From Tagaea sp. (lineage in GTDB: Bacteria; Pseudomonadota; Alphaproteobacteria; CACIAM-22H2): a DNA stretch of 64,000 nucleotides. The stretch lies in assembly GCA_965279525.1 (NCBI GenBank), contig CBDIIB010000004.1:640001-704000 (forward strand), written 5' to 3'. Numbering within the stretch: the first letter of the stretch is position 1; each line of letters starts with the position of its first letter. A model generated the notes under the pieces. It saw only the letters and a list, made by a program, of their open reading frames with translations, made no database searches and was not told where the DNA came from. A program made the position numbers and the translations under genes. Below are positions 8,187-17,193 of this stretch, one piece after another.

Positions 8187-9491
8187 TCAGCCGATCGGCC
8201 GGATGAAGGTCGGATCGACTTGGGCGTGCGTCAGGTTGCTGCCGGTGAAATTCGTCCCTTCCAGCACGCATTCGCGCAAGTCGGCGGCGCCGAGATTCGT
8301 GTGACCGAGATCGGCCCCGGACAGGATCGCCCGGCGAAGATCCGCATTCGAAAGATCGGCGTGCCATAGCCGGGTGCGCTCGAGGTTGGCCGCCATGATC
8401 TGCCCGTCGGGGCCGCCGATCCGGACCGGCTGGAGGTTGGTGCCGACGAGTTTCGCGTGGGCAAGAAAACCCCGCTTCAGCGTCGCCGCGCGCATGTCGG
8501 CGCCCGACAGGTCTGCCGAGTTCAGGTCCGCCAGGGAAAAATCGGTCAGCACGAGCGTGGCCCCGCGAAAGCTGGCTCCGCCCGCATAGGCATTGCGCAA
8601 CAATGCGCCGGACATGTCCTGGCCGTCGAAATTGAGCCCCATCAGGTTGACGTTCGAAAGATCGAGCCGCTTGCCGGCACCGCCCTGCGTGGCGATCCAG
8701 CGCGCGTGCAGGACCATGGAGTCCTCGATTTTCTCGCTGAGAACCCGCAGCCGGATCGACGGATTGCCCGCGATCTCGAAAGCCCTGCGCACGCTGGCAT
8801 CGAGAATGGCGCCGCTTGCATCCGCATCGCCGAGCGTGACGCCTTCGAACGCGGCGCCGATCGCGACCGCTCCGCGCAGATTGGCGCCCGAAAGGTTGCA
8901 GTTGCGCACGCCCGCTTCGCGCAGGTCGGCGCCCGTGAAATTCGCATTGCGGAAGTCGACGCCGTCGAGCTGCGCGCCGACAAGCTTGGAGTCCGAAAGG
9001 TCGACCTGCATGGCGATCGTACGCGTCAGCCGGGCGCCCGTCAGATTGACCCCCCGGAAGGTCGCGGTCGCGGCATCGACCGCACCGCCTTGCGTATCTT
9101 CGGAAAGGCCTTGCGACCCCTGGCGGGCGAGCGCTCCCTCGCGCATGTCCGCTTCGACCATGTTCGCCGACGTGAGATCGGCCCCGCGCAGGTTGGCCCC
9201 GCGCAGGTCGGCGTGCGTGAGCACGGCGCCCTGCATGCGCGCGAACCGCAGGTCGGCGCAGAAAAGCGTGGCGCCGGTGAAATTCGTCCCGCGCGCCGAG
9301 CAGCCCTTCAGGCGCGCGCCGGTGAAATCGGCACCGGCGAAATCGAGCCCGTCGATCTCCAGTTCGGAAAGGTCGAAGAACGCGAGCTTCGCGCGACGCC
9401 CGTCAGGAAGGCGCTGGTTGTAACGCTGGTTTGCGGCGGCGATGTCGCGCAACGTCGCGCGATCGATGCGGGTCAGCGGGCGGGCGCTCAT
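8187..9491 (-). CDS. Pentapeptide repeat protein (paralog 2)
   Basis: A(D/N)Lxx repeats; cap motif LHARWIATQGGAGKRLDLS; same layout as 3516..4808 (ATLFCADL vs ALLFCCNL, DMREGAL vs DLREGAI). Start taken at ATG 9491 with GGGGAAG upstream. Confidence 0.9.
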   Translation of the reverse strand: MSARPLTRIDRATLRDIAAANQRYNQRLPDGRRAKLAFFDLSELEIDGLDFAGADFTGARLKGCSARGTNFTGATLFCADLRFARMQGAVLTHADLRGANLRGADLTSANMVEADMREGALARQGSQGLSEDTQGGAVDAATATFRGVNLTGARLTRTIAMQVDLSDSKLVGAQLDGVDFRNANFTGADLREAGVRNCNLSGANLRGAVAIGAAFEGVTLGDADASGAILDASVRRAFEIAGNPSIRLRVLSEKIEDSMVLHARWIATQGGAGKRLDLSNVNLMGLNFDGQDMSGALLRNAYAGGASFRGATLVLTDFSLADLNSADLSGADMRAATLKRGFLAHAKLVGTNLQPVRIGGPDGQIMAANLERTRLWHADLSNADLRRAILSGADLGHTNLGAADLRECVLEGTNFTGSNLTHAQVDPTFIRPIG

Positions 9492-9757
9492 GCTTGCGCT
9501 TCCCCTGCCGGCCTGCCCGATACCGATCGCATCGCCACGCGACGGCATATGTCTTCGGCGTGCACTACCTGCTCCACTCGTCACTCGACATCACGGACTT
9601 CGACTCTGCCACATCCGGCAGGCGTTTACCGCTCTCACGTCCGTTCGCGCGCGTTCCGGCGTCAGAACGCCGCTTACCACTCTGCGGTCCGCTCGCTGAA
9701 AATTTTCTTTCCACGACACTTCAAGCCCGTTCCAATCGCACTCGGCGCACTGGCGGA

Positions 9758-9788
9758 ATCTAGCTGTCGGTGGTGAATTATTGCTTAA
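9758..9788 (-). promoter_or_regulatory. CtrA-type promoter (TTAA-N7-TTCAC plus GCTAGATT -10-like element)
   Basis: Minus strand reads TTAA-GCAATAA-TTCAC-caccgaca-GCTAGATT; one mismatch to the CtrA consensus TTAA-N7-TTAAC. Confidence 0.55.
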
Positions 9789-9791
9789 TGC

Positions 9792-11540
9792 CTAAACTTC
9801 CGAGGCGTCTTCGATCTGGAGCTGGACGCGCGCCGTGCCGCGGTAGGTATCAAGCTTGAGCCGACCAAGAACATGAATGCTCGCGCCGTCCCGTCGCAGC
9901 AAAATTTCCCCTAGCGGCGTTTCAACCGCGCGAAACGCGATCGCCGACAGCCGGGCACCGCGCGAATCCTGTAGGAAACACCGTACATGACGCTCGCCGA
10001 CGATGTCGGCCTTCGCGACCCGTATTGCGGGAAACACAAACCGGGGCTCGGGATTGCCCATGCCGTAGGGGCCGACCTTGTCGAGTTCGCCGATCAGTTC
10101 GGCATTGGCCGAGGCGAGCGACAGGGTCCCGTCGTAAGCCACGACGGTGCGGCGCTCGGCCGACTTCAGGTGTTCGGCCAGGCGTCCGGCCAGAAACGCG
10201 CGCAAAGGGCCGATTGCGTCGCGCGCGACCGTCAGGCCGGCCGCGTTGGCATGACCGCCCCCGTTGATCAGCAGGCCCGCCTCCCGTGCCGCGATGACCG
10301 ATGCGCCGAGATCCCAGCCGAAACCCGAGCGCGCGGAGCCCTTGCCGGTCTCGCCGTCGATCGCGATGACGAGTGCCGGCCGTTCGAACCTGTCCTTGAG
10401 CCGGCTTGCGACGATGCCGATGACGCCGGGATGCCACCCCTCGCCCGCCACGACGAGCAGGTCGCCGTCCGATTGAGCTTCGGCTGCAGCCATCGCGGCA
10501 CCCAGCACTTCCGCTTCGATGCGCTGGCGCTCGCGATTGTAGCCGTCGAGGCGACGGGCGAGATCGGCCGCTTCCGCGGGATCGCCGCTGGTGAGCAGCC
10601 GCACGCCGAGATCGGCCTCGCCGACCCGTCCGCCGGCATTGACGCGCGGACCGAGCAGGAAGCCGAGATGGAAGGCCTGTGCCCGCTCCTGCAGGCCGGC
10701 GACGTCCGCCAGTGCGGCAATGCCGATGCGCGAGCGTGCCTGGATCGCCTTCAGGCCCTGCGCCACGAACGCGCGGTTGAGGCCGTTGAGCGGCACCACG
10801 TCGCACACCGTGCCGAGTGCCACCAGATCGAGATACGGCAGTAGATCGACCTGCGGCTTTCCGGCAAGGCGCAGCGCACGGTTGATCGCCACCGCCAGCA
10901 GGAATGCCACGCCGACGGCGGCAAGCTGGCCATGCTCGCTCTCGTCGTCCATCCGGTTGGGATTGACGATGGCGAATGCCGCCGGCAGACGGGCTTCGGC
11001 GGCATGATGGTCGACGACGATCACGTCGAGACCGGCCTCGCGTGCGGCTTCGAGGGGCGCATGCGCGGTCGTCCCGCAATCGACCGTGACGACGACGCCG
11101 GCCCCTTCAGCGCGCAACTTGAGCAGGGCCGGCGCGTTCGGGCCGTAGCCTTCCTTCATCCGGTCGGGAATATAGTGTCGCACGTCGCCGCCGGCGGCCG
11201 TCAGCACGCCGTGCAGAAGTGCCGCCGACGTCGCCCCGTCCACGTCGTAGTCGCCGAAGATCGCGATGGGCTCACGCGCGTCGAGTGCCGCGACAAGCCG
11301 TGCGACGGACTTGTCCATGTCCTTGAGATGCGAGGGGTCCGGCAGCAGATCGCGCAGCCTGGGATCGAGAAAGCCGGCAGCCGACTCTTCCGGAATGCCG
11401 CGTCCGACCAGGATGCGCGCGACGGTCTCGCTCACTCCGAGACGCTGGGCGAGGCCGAGGATGCGGCTCGTCTCGCCGCTTCGGGGCTGCCAGCGCCGGC
11501 CGAGAGCCGAGCGCTCGATGCCCGCGAAGGCCGCGCTCAC
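9792..11540 (-). CDS. recJ: Single-stranded-DNA-specific exonuclease RecJ
   Basis: GDYDVDGATS, TVDCG, VVDHH (DHH), DLVALGTVCDVVPL, GPRVNAGGR, GGGHANAAG. Confidence 0.97.
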   Translation of the reverse strand: MSAAFAGIERSALGRRWQPRSGETSRILGLAQRLGVSETVARILVGRGIPEESAAGFLDPRLRDLLPDPSHLKDMDKSVARLVAALDAREPIAIFGDYDVDGATSAALLHGVLTAAGGDVRHYIPDRMKEGYGPNAPALLKLRAEGAGVVVTVDCGTTAHAPLEAAREAGLDVIVVDHHAAEARLPAAFAIVNPNRMDDESEHGQLAAVGVAFLLAVAINRALRLAGKPQVDLLPYLDLVALGTVCDVVPLNGLNRAFVAQGLKAIQARSRIGIAALADVAGLQERAQAFHLGFLLGPRVNAGGRVGEADLGVRLLTSGDPAEAADLARRLDGYNRERQRIEAEVLGAAMAAAEAQSDGDLLVVAGEGWHPGVIGIVASRLKDRFERPALVIAIDGETGKGSARSGFGWDLGASVIAAREAGLLINGGGHANAAGLTVARDAIGPLRAFLAGRLAEHLKSAERRTVVAYDGTLSLASANAELIGELDKVGPYGMGNPEPRFVFPAIRVAKADIVGERHVRCFLQDSRGARLSAIAFRAVETPLGEILLRRDGASIHVLGRLKLDTYRGTARVQLQIEDASEV

Positions 11541-12508
11541 GGGCCCGGCTTGACCCGGTAATTGTGGGTCGCCTCGACGACGCGCACGGTGCCCGTCTTC
11601 GAGCGCATGATGATCGAATGCGTCGATGCCCCGCCCGGAAAGCGGCGGATGCCCTTCAGCATCGAGCCGTCCGTCACACCGGTTGCCGCGAACATGACGT
11701 CGCCCTTGGCAAGTTCGAGGATCCCGTACTTGCGGTTCAGATCCTTGATGCCGAGGCGCGTCGCCCGGCCCTTCTCGTCGTCGTTGCGGAACAGCAGGCG
11801 TCCCTGGATGTGGCCGCCGATGCAGCGCAGTGCCGCCGCCGCCAGCACGCCCTCGGGCGCACCGCCCGAACCCATGTAGATGTCGACGCCGGAGTCCGGG
11901 CGCGACGTCGCGATCACGCCCGACACGTCGCCGTCCGATATCAGCATGATGCGCGTACCGGTCTCGCGGACCCTGGCGATGAGTTCGGCGTGACGCGGCC
12001 GGTCGAGGATGCAGACCACGAGATCCGAGAGATCGACGCCCTTGGCCTTGGCGAGGTTCTTGAGATTCTCTTCGGGCTTCATGTCGAGATCGACGACGCC
12101 GTCCGGAAGGCCGCCGCCGACCGCGATCTTGTCCATGTAGACGTCGGGCGCGTTGAGGAACCCGCCCTGCTCGGCCATCGCGATGACCGCAAGCGCGTTC
12201 GGACCACCCTTGGCCGTGATCGTGGTGCCTTCGAGCGGGTCGAGTGCGATGTCCACCTTCGGGCCGCCCTGCCCGACCTTCTCGCCGATATAGAGCATCG
12301 GCGCTTCGTCGCGTTCGCCCTCACCGATGACCACCGTGCCGTCGATGGCAAGCGAGTTGAGCGCGCGGCGCATCGCGTCGACGGCCGCCTGGTCGGCCGC
12401 CTTCTCGTCGCCGCGCCCCATCAGGCGGGACGCCGCGAGGGCGGCCGCCTCGGTCACGCGCACGACCTCGAGGGCGAGGTTGCGATCGAGCGAAATGGGA
12501 GTGGACAT
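11537..12508 (-). CDS. glpX: Fructose-1,6-bisphosphatase class II
   Basis: RVTEAAALAA, VVIGEGERDEAPMLYIGE, DPLEGT, GGAPEGVLAAAAL; GGAG RBS; GTGA overlap with recJ. Confidence 0.97.
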   Translation of the reverse strand: MSTPISLDRNLALEVVRVTEAAALAASRLMGRGDEKAADQAAVDAMRRALNSLAIDGTVVIGEGERDEAPMLYIGEKVGQGGPKVDIALDPLEGTTITAKGGPNALAVIAMAEQGGFLNAPDVYMDKIAVGGGLPDGVVDLDMKPEENLKNLAKAKGVDLSDLVVCILDRPRHAELIARVRETGTRIMLISDGDVSGVIATSRPDSGVDIYMGSGGAPEGVLAAAALRCIGGHIQGRLLFRNDDEKGRATRLGIKDLNRKYGILELAKGDVMFAATGVTDGSMLKGIRRFPGGASTHSIIMRSKTGTVRVVEATHNYRVKPGP

Positions 12509-12533
12509 CGGTTGCTCCGTCTTTTTCATCGCG

Positions 12534-13826
12534 TCAGAGGCTTTCGATGCGCACGACGACCGGCGCTTCGAGTACCGCACCGAGCTTGGCGATGCGTTCG
12601 AGGGCGCGCGACATCGCGGCCTCATGGGTATCGTGGGTGACGAGGACGACCGGCACGCGTTCGTCGGGTGCGCGCCCGCGCTGCAGCATCGATGCGAGGC
12701 TGACCGCTTCGTCGCGCAGGGCGGCCGTCACGTCGGCGATCACGCCGGGCCGGTCGATCACGTCGAGGCGGATATAGTATCCGCCGCGGCGCTCGGAAAT
12801 GCCAAGCCGCGTCGGCACGGCAAGCTCGCCGGCCGGAAGCTGGAAGGTCATCGGCCGGCGGCCGTGCGCGATGTCGACGAGATCGGCGACGACCGCCGAA
12901 GCCGTCGGGCCCGCACCTGCCCCGCGCCCTTCGGCGACGACGCGTCCGACGAAATCGCCCTCGGCGACGACGGCGTTGTAGACGTCCTCGACATGCGCGA
13001 TCGGCGTCTCGAGCGGCACCATGCACGGATGCACGCGCTGCATGAGGCCGTCCTCGCCAAGTTCTGCGATGCCCAGCAACTTGATCCGGAAGCCGAGCTC
13101 GCGCGCGAACTGGATGTCGACAGCCCCGATGCGCCGGATGCCTTCGATATGGACCGAGCCGATGTCGATACGCGTGCCGAACGCCACACCGGCAAGGATC
13201 GCAAGCTTGTGCGCCGCATCCACGCCGTCGACGTCGAAGCTCGGGTCGGCTTCGGCGTAGCCGAGCTTCTGCGCGTCCGCCAGTACGTCCGCGAAGGCAC
13301 GGCCGGACTTGCGCATCTGCGTGAGGATGTAGTTGCAGGTGCCGTTCAGGATTCCGTAGACGCGGTGGATCCGGTTCGCGGCAAGTCCCTCGCGGATCGA
13401 CTTGATGATCGGGATGCCGCCGGCGACCGCCGCCTCGTAGGCGATCGTCAGCCCCTTGGCCTCGGCCAGTGCTGCCAGCGTCGTTCCGTGATGGGCAAGC
13501 AGCGCCTTGTTTGCCGTGACGACGTGCCGGCCCTTCGAAAGGGCGGTCTCGCAAACGCGCCGGGCAATTCCTTCGGCCCCGCCGATTAGTTCGACGACCA
13601 CGTCGCAGTCCGCGTCGGCGGCCATCTTCGCCGCATCGTCGAACCATGCGATGCCCGAAAGATCCACGCCGCGCGCCTTGGCGCGGTCGCGCGCGGACAC
13701 GGCGACGATCTCGAGCGGCCGCCCGCCGCGCCGTGCGATCAACGCGCCGTTCTTCGCGACGACCTGAAGGACGCCGGCGCCGACCGTGCCAAGGCCGGCG
13801 ATCGCGATCCGGATTGGCTGGCTCAT
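12534..13826 (-). CDS. hom: Homoserine dehydrogenase with C-terminal ACT domain
   Basis: IAGLGTVGAG, VVTANKA, EAAVAGGIP, GILNGTCNYIL, GYAEADP, GAGAGPTASAV, DRPGV. Confidence 0.97.
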   Translation of the reverse strand: MSQPIRIAIAGLGTVGAGVLQVVAKNGALIARRGGRPLEIVAVSARDRAKARGVDLSGIAWFDDAAKMAADADCDVVVELIGGAEGIARRVCETALSKGRHVVTANKALLAHHGTTLAALAEAKGLTIAYEAAVAGGIPIIKSIREGLAANRIHRVYGILNGTCNYILTQMRKSGRAFADVLADAQKLGYAEADPSFDVDGVDAAHKLAILAGVAFGTRIDIGSVHIEGIRRIGAVDIQFARELGFRIKLLGIAELGEDGLMQRVHPCMVPLETPIAHVEDVYNAVVAEGDFVGRVVAEGRGAGAGPTASAVVADLVDIAHGRRPMTFQLPAGELAVPTRLGISERRGGYYIRLDVIDRPGVIADVTAALRDEAVSLASMLQRGRAPDERVPVVLVTHDTHEAAMSRALERIAKLGAVLEAPVVVRIESL

Positions 13827-15061
13827 GCCGATGCTTTTTGTTTCTGCGTCGGCGGATCTGGCAAGCGATCTGCGGCCGACATGAACTGCTTGATGTGGCG
13901 CACGGCCTGCCGGATGCGCTGGACGTTCTCGACGAGTGCGAGACGTACGTGCCCGTCGCCGTACTCGCCGAAACCGATACCCGGCGAGACGGCGACCTTC
14001 GCCTCGCGCATCAGGAGCTTGGCGAACTCGAGCGAACCGAGGGCAGCGAACTGCGGCGGGATCGGAGCCCATGCGAACATCGATGCCGGCGGGCTCGGCA
14101 CGTTCCATCCGGCCTGTGCCAACCCCTGGATCAGCACGTCGCGGCGCTGGCGGTAGGTCTCGCGCGCCTCGGCCACGCAATCCTGCGGGCCGTTGAGGGC
14201 GGCGGCGGCAGCGACCTGCACGGGCGTGAACGCGCCATAGTCGAGATACGACTTGATGCGCGCCAGCGCCTTGATCAGCGTCTTGTTGCCGGCCGCGAAA
14301 CCGACGCGCCACCCGGCCATCGAATAGGTCTTGCTCATCGACGTGAATTCGACCGCGACGTCCTTCGCCCCCGGGACCTGGAGGATCGACGGCGGCGGTT
14401 TGTCGTCGAAATAGATCTCCGCATAGGCGACATCGGACAGGATCCAGATGCCGTGTTCCCGGCAGAACGCGACGCATCGCTCGTAGAACGACAGGTCGAC
14501 GACCTGTGCGGTCGGGTTCGACGGATAGTTGAGGATCAGCGCCAGCGGCTTGGGCACCGAATGGCGGACCGCGCGCTCCATCGCCGCGAAAAACGCTTCC
14601 ACGCCCTCGGGCGTCGACACGTCGGTCGGCAGGTGGCGGATCGAAGCACCCGCCATGATGAAGCCGTAGGGATGGATCGGATAGCTCGGGTTCGGTACGA
14701 GGATCACGTCGCCGGGACTGGTGATCGCCTGTGCGAGATTGGCAAGCCCTTCCTTCGAGCCGAGCGTGACGATCGTCTCGGTCTCGGGATCGAGATCGAC
14801 GCCGAAGCGGCGACCGTAATAGGCCGCATGCGCCTTGCGCAGGCCGGGAATGCCGCGCGACATCGAATAGCGGTGCGTGCGCGGATCGGCGACGGCTTCC
14901 GTGAGCTTGGCCACGATATGCGGCGGCGTGGGCAGGTCCGGATTGCCCATGCCGAGATCGATCACATCGTCGCCGACGGCCCGTGCCTTGGCCTTCTGCA
15001 TGTTCACTTCCGCGAACACGTAGGGGGGCAGCCGCTTGATGCGATAGAAATCGTCCTGCAT
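13823..15061 (-). CDS. alaC: PLP-dependent aminotransferase class I/II (AlaC / LL-DAP-aminotransferase-like)
   Basis: FYRIKRLPPYVFAEVN, DLGMGNPD, NYPSNPT, SMSKTYSMAGWRVGF, SYLDYG; ATGA overlap with hom. Confidence 0.85.
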   Translation of the reverse strand: MQDDFYRIKRLPPYVFAEVNMQKAKARAVGDDVIDLGMGNPDLPTPPHIVAKLTEAVADPRTHRYSMSRGIPGLRKAHAAYYGRRFGVDLDPETETIVTLGSKEGLANLAQAITSPGDVILVPNPSYPIHPYGFIMAGASIRHLPTDVSTPEGVEAFFAAMERAVRHSVPKPLALILNYPSNPTAQVVDLSFYERCVAFCREHGIWILSDVAYAEIYFDDKPPPSILQVPGAKDVAVEFTSMSKTYSMAGWRVGFAAGNKTLIKALARIKSYLDYGAFTPVQVAAAAALNGPQDCVAEARETYRQRRDVLIQGLAQAGWNVPSPPASMFAWAPIPPQFAALGSLEFAKLLMREAKVAVSPGIGFGEYGDGHVRLALVENVQRIRQAVRHIKQFMSAADRLPDPPTQKQKASA

Positions 15062-15262
15062 GGTCTTCTCGTCAGATCTGATTCCAGCGCGGGAATCGGG
15101 CGCCGAAACGCCCTTGCGCAGGCCCCTATCTACAATGCGCGCCCGCGCCGCGCACCCGGAAAAACGGGCAAGCCCAAAGGTTTGGCGGGCAACGGCTTTA
15201 TCGAGCATTGCGGGGAAAGTGGGCATTCCCTAAAAGGGCATCCGACCGAGCCCCGAGATCCG

Positions 15263-15994
15263 ATGGACGACAGCCCCCCGCAAAGTTCGACAGCCGTACC
15301 GCCAGCGACCTGGGCGGGCTTCAAACGCGGCTTCCTTCCCGCCGCAGCACTCTCGCCGGGCAACTTCATCTATGGCGTGGCGTTCGGCCTGCTCGCGCGA
15401 CAGGAGACCCTGTCGGTCCTCGAGGCGATGCTGATGAGCGTGCTCGTCTTTTCCGGCACGGCCCAGCTGGCGGCCGTCAGCTCGATGGGGCACGGCTATG
15501 TCGGCTTCGACGCGATCGCGTCGATCGCGACCGCGATCCTGCTGCTCAACGCGCGCTACCTCCTTTACGGGGCGGCACTGTGGCCATGGCTTGGCGCGGC
15601 ACCGACGCGCCAGATCGTGCCGACACTCTTTTACCTTGGCGATGCAAGCTGGGTGATCTCGATGCGCGCGCACGCCGATGGCGAGCGCGACATCTTCTAC
15701 GTCCTGGGTGCGGGTGCCGCGACCATCGCACCCTGGCTGCTCGGCACGTTGGCCGGATCAACGGCCGGCGGCCTGCTCGCGAACCCCGCGGCACTCGGCC
15801 TCGACTTCCTGCTCGTCGCCTTCTCGGCCGCCATGGGTCTCTCGATGCTGCGCTCGCGGCCCGACTGGGCGAGCCCCGTCGCGGCACTCGTCGTGGCTCT
15901 GGTTGTCGACCGCATCGCGCCCGGCGGATGGACGATCGTCGCTGCCGGCGCTGCCGGCGGCATCGTCACCTACATCAGGTACGTGCCGAAATGA
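15263..15994 (+). CDS. azlC: AzlC-family branched-chain amino acid exporter permease
   Basis: YGVAFGLLA, MSVLVFSGTAQLAAV, LLNARYLLYG, LGLDFLLVAF. Confidence 0.85.
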   Translation: MDDSPPQSSTAVPPATWAGFKRGFLPAAALSPGNFIYGVAFGLLARQETLSVLEAMLMSVLVFSGTAQLAAVSSMGHGYVGFDAIASIATAILLLNARYLLYGAALWPWLGAAPTRQIVPTLFYLGDASWVISMRAHADGERDIFYVLGAGAATIAPWLLGTLAGSTAGGLLANPAALGLDFLLVAFSAAMGLSMLRSRPDWASPVAALVVALVVDRIAPGGWTIVAAGAAGGIVTYIRYVPK

Positions 15995-16296
15995 CGATCC
16001 GTCCCGACTTCCTGCCGTTCCTGTTCGCGATCGCGGCCGCTTCGTTCGTCTGCCGCATGGGCGGGTTCTGGTTCATGCGTTTCGTGCGCGTCACGCCGCG
16101 CATCGAAGTGGCGCTGAAGGCGACGCCGCTGGCCGTGATGATCGGGATCGTCGCACCGGTCGCCGCGCGCGGAAATCCGGCCGAGCTGGCGGCACTTGCC
16201 GCGATCGCGGTGATCATGCGCTGGTCGTCGAGCGATCTGGTCGCCGCGATGGGCGGGGTCGGCGTCGTCGCCGCCGTCCGGTTCCTGGCCGGCTAG
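15991..16296 (+). CDS. azlD: AzlD-family membrane protein
   Basis: Small hydrophobic ORF with FVCRMGGFW and ALKATPLAVMIGIVAP; ATGA-coupled to azlC. Confidence 0.8.
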   Translation: MTIRPDFLPFLFAIAAASFVCRMGGFWFMRFVRVTPRIEVALKATPLAVMIGIVAPVAARGNPAELAALAAIAVIMRWSSSDLVAAMGGVGVVAAVRFLAG

Positions 16297-17096
16297 AACT
16301 CGACCGCCACGCGCGCCGAACGCAGCGCGCCCGGATCCAGCAGGATGCGCGCACGGTCCAGGCCGAGCGCTTCAAGTTCGCCGCTTGCGGCGGCCGCACG
16401 TCGCGGCGACAGCGCCTGCTCGGGTGGCGACAGCGTCGGACCGGCGGACGGCGTGATGCGCACGCGCCCGCCACGCTCCTGTGCGGCGACGACGGCCTCG
16501 CGCAGCGTGCCGCGCGCTTCGCGCGTCAGCAACGCCGACCCGTCGGCGAAATCGATGTCGCCGATGATCCAGCCGCTTCGAGCACCGACGCCTTGTGCGA
16601 CGGGCACCGCCGCTTGTTGCGGTCGAACGACCGGCGGAGTCATCCTGACGGGAGCCGGCGTGGCCGGCATGGGCGGCGGAACATAGGCTGGCGGATTTGC
16701 GACGGCGGCCGGCGGGGTCGCGGCAACGACGCGCGGAGCTTCGGCCTGGACGGGCGGAGCAACCGCCGGGACCGGGGCCGGAACCGGAGCCTGTCCGGCA
16801 CGCCCTTGCCCTGCCAGATCCGGCGCCTCGGGCGGCCGTGCGGTCGGGTCGAGCACGGGATCGATCGCGCGAAGGCGCGCATCGAAGGCGCGCGCCGCGT
16901 CGCGCTGGCTGACAAGTCGCTGTTGCTCGGATTCCCGCTTGGCTGCGGAAACCGGGGCTGGTACCGGCGGAAATGTCCCCAGATTGGGATAAGGCCGGTC
17001 ACCAGGATCGGCAGCATCGTCCCGGGCATCCGGCCGTCCGGACTCCGAACATGCCGCCAAAGCCAGAAAAACGAGCCCGATCAGGGCTATACGCAT
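16293..17096 (-). CDS. Lipoprotein with Pro/Ala-rich linker and degenerate OmpA-like C-terminal domain
   Basis: Lipobox LALAAC, YPNLGTFPPVP, IDFADGSALLT...LSPRRAAAASGELEALGL...RVAVEF. Confidence 0.7.
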   Translation of the reverse strand: MRIALIGLVFLALAACSESGRPDARDDAADPGDRPYPNLGTFPPVPAPVSAAKRESEQQRLVSQRDAARAFDARLRAIDPVLDPTARPPEAPDLAGQGRAGQAPVPAPVPAVAPPVQAEAPRVVAATPPAAVANPPAYVPPPMPATPAPVRMTPPVVRPQQAAVPVAQGVGARSGWIIGDIDFADGSALLTREARGTLREAVVAAQERGGRVRITPSAGPTLSPPEQALSPRRAAAASGELEALGLDRARILLDPGALRSARVAVEF

Positions 17097-17193
17097 CTTT
17101 AGGAATTGCAACATCGAACCCGTTATAATCCGAACTCAAGACGGCGTCCAAGCCCCTGATCGGGACGCCGGATTCCAAAGCGGAGTGGGAGAA

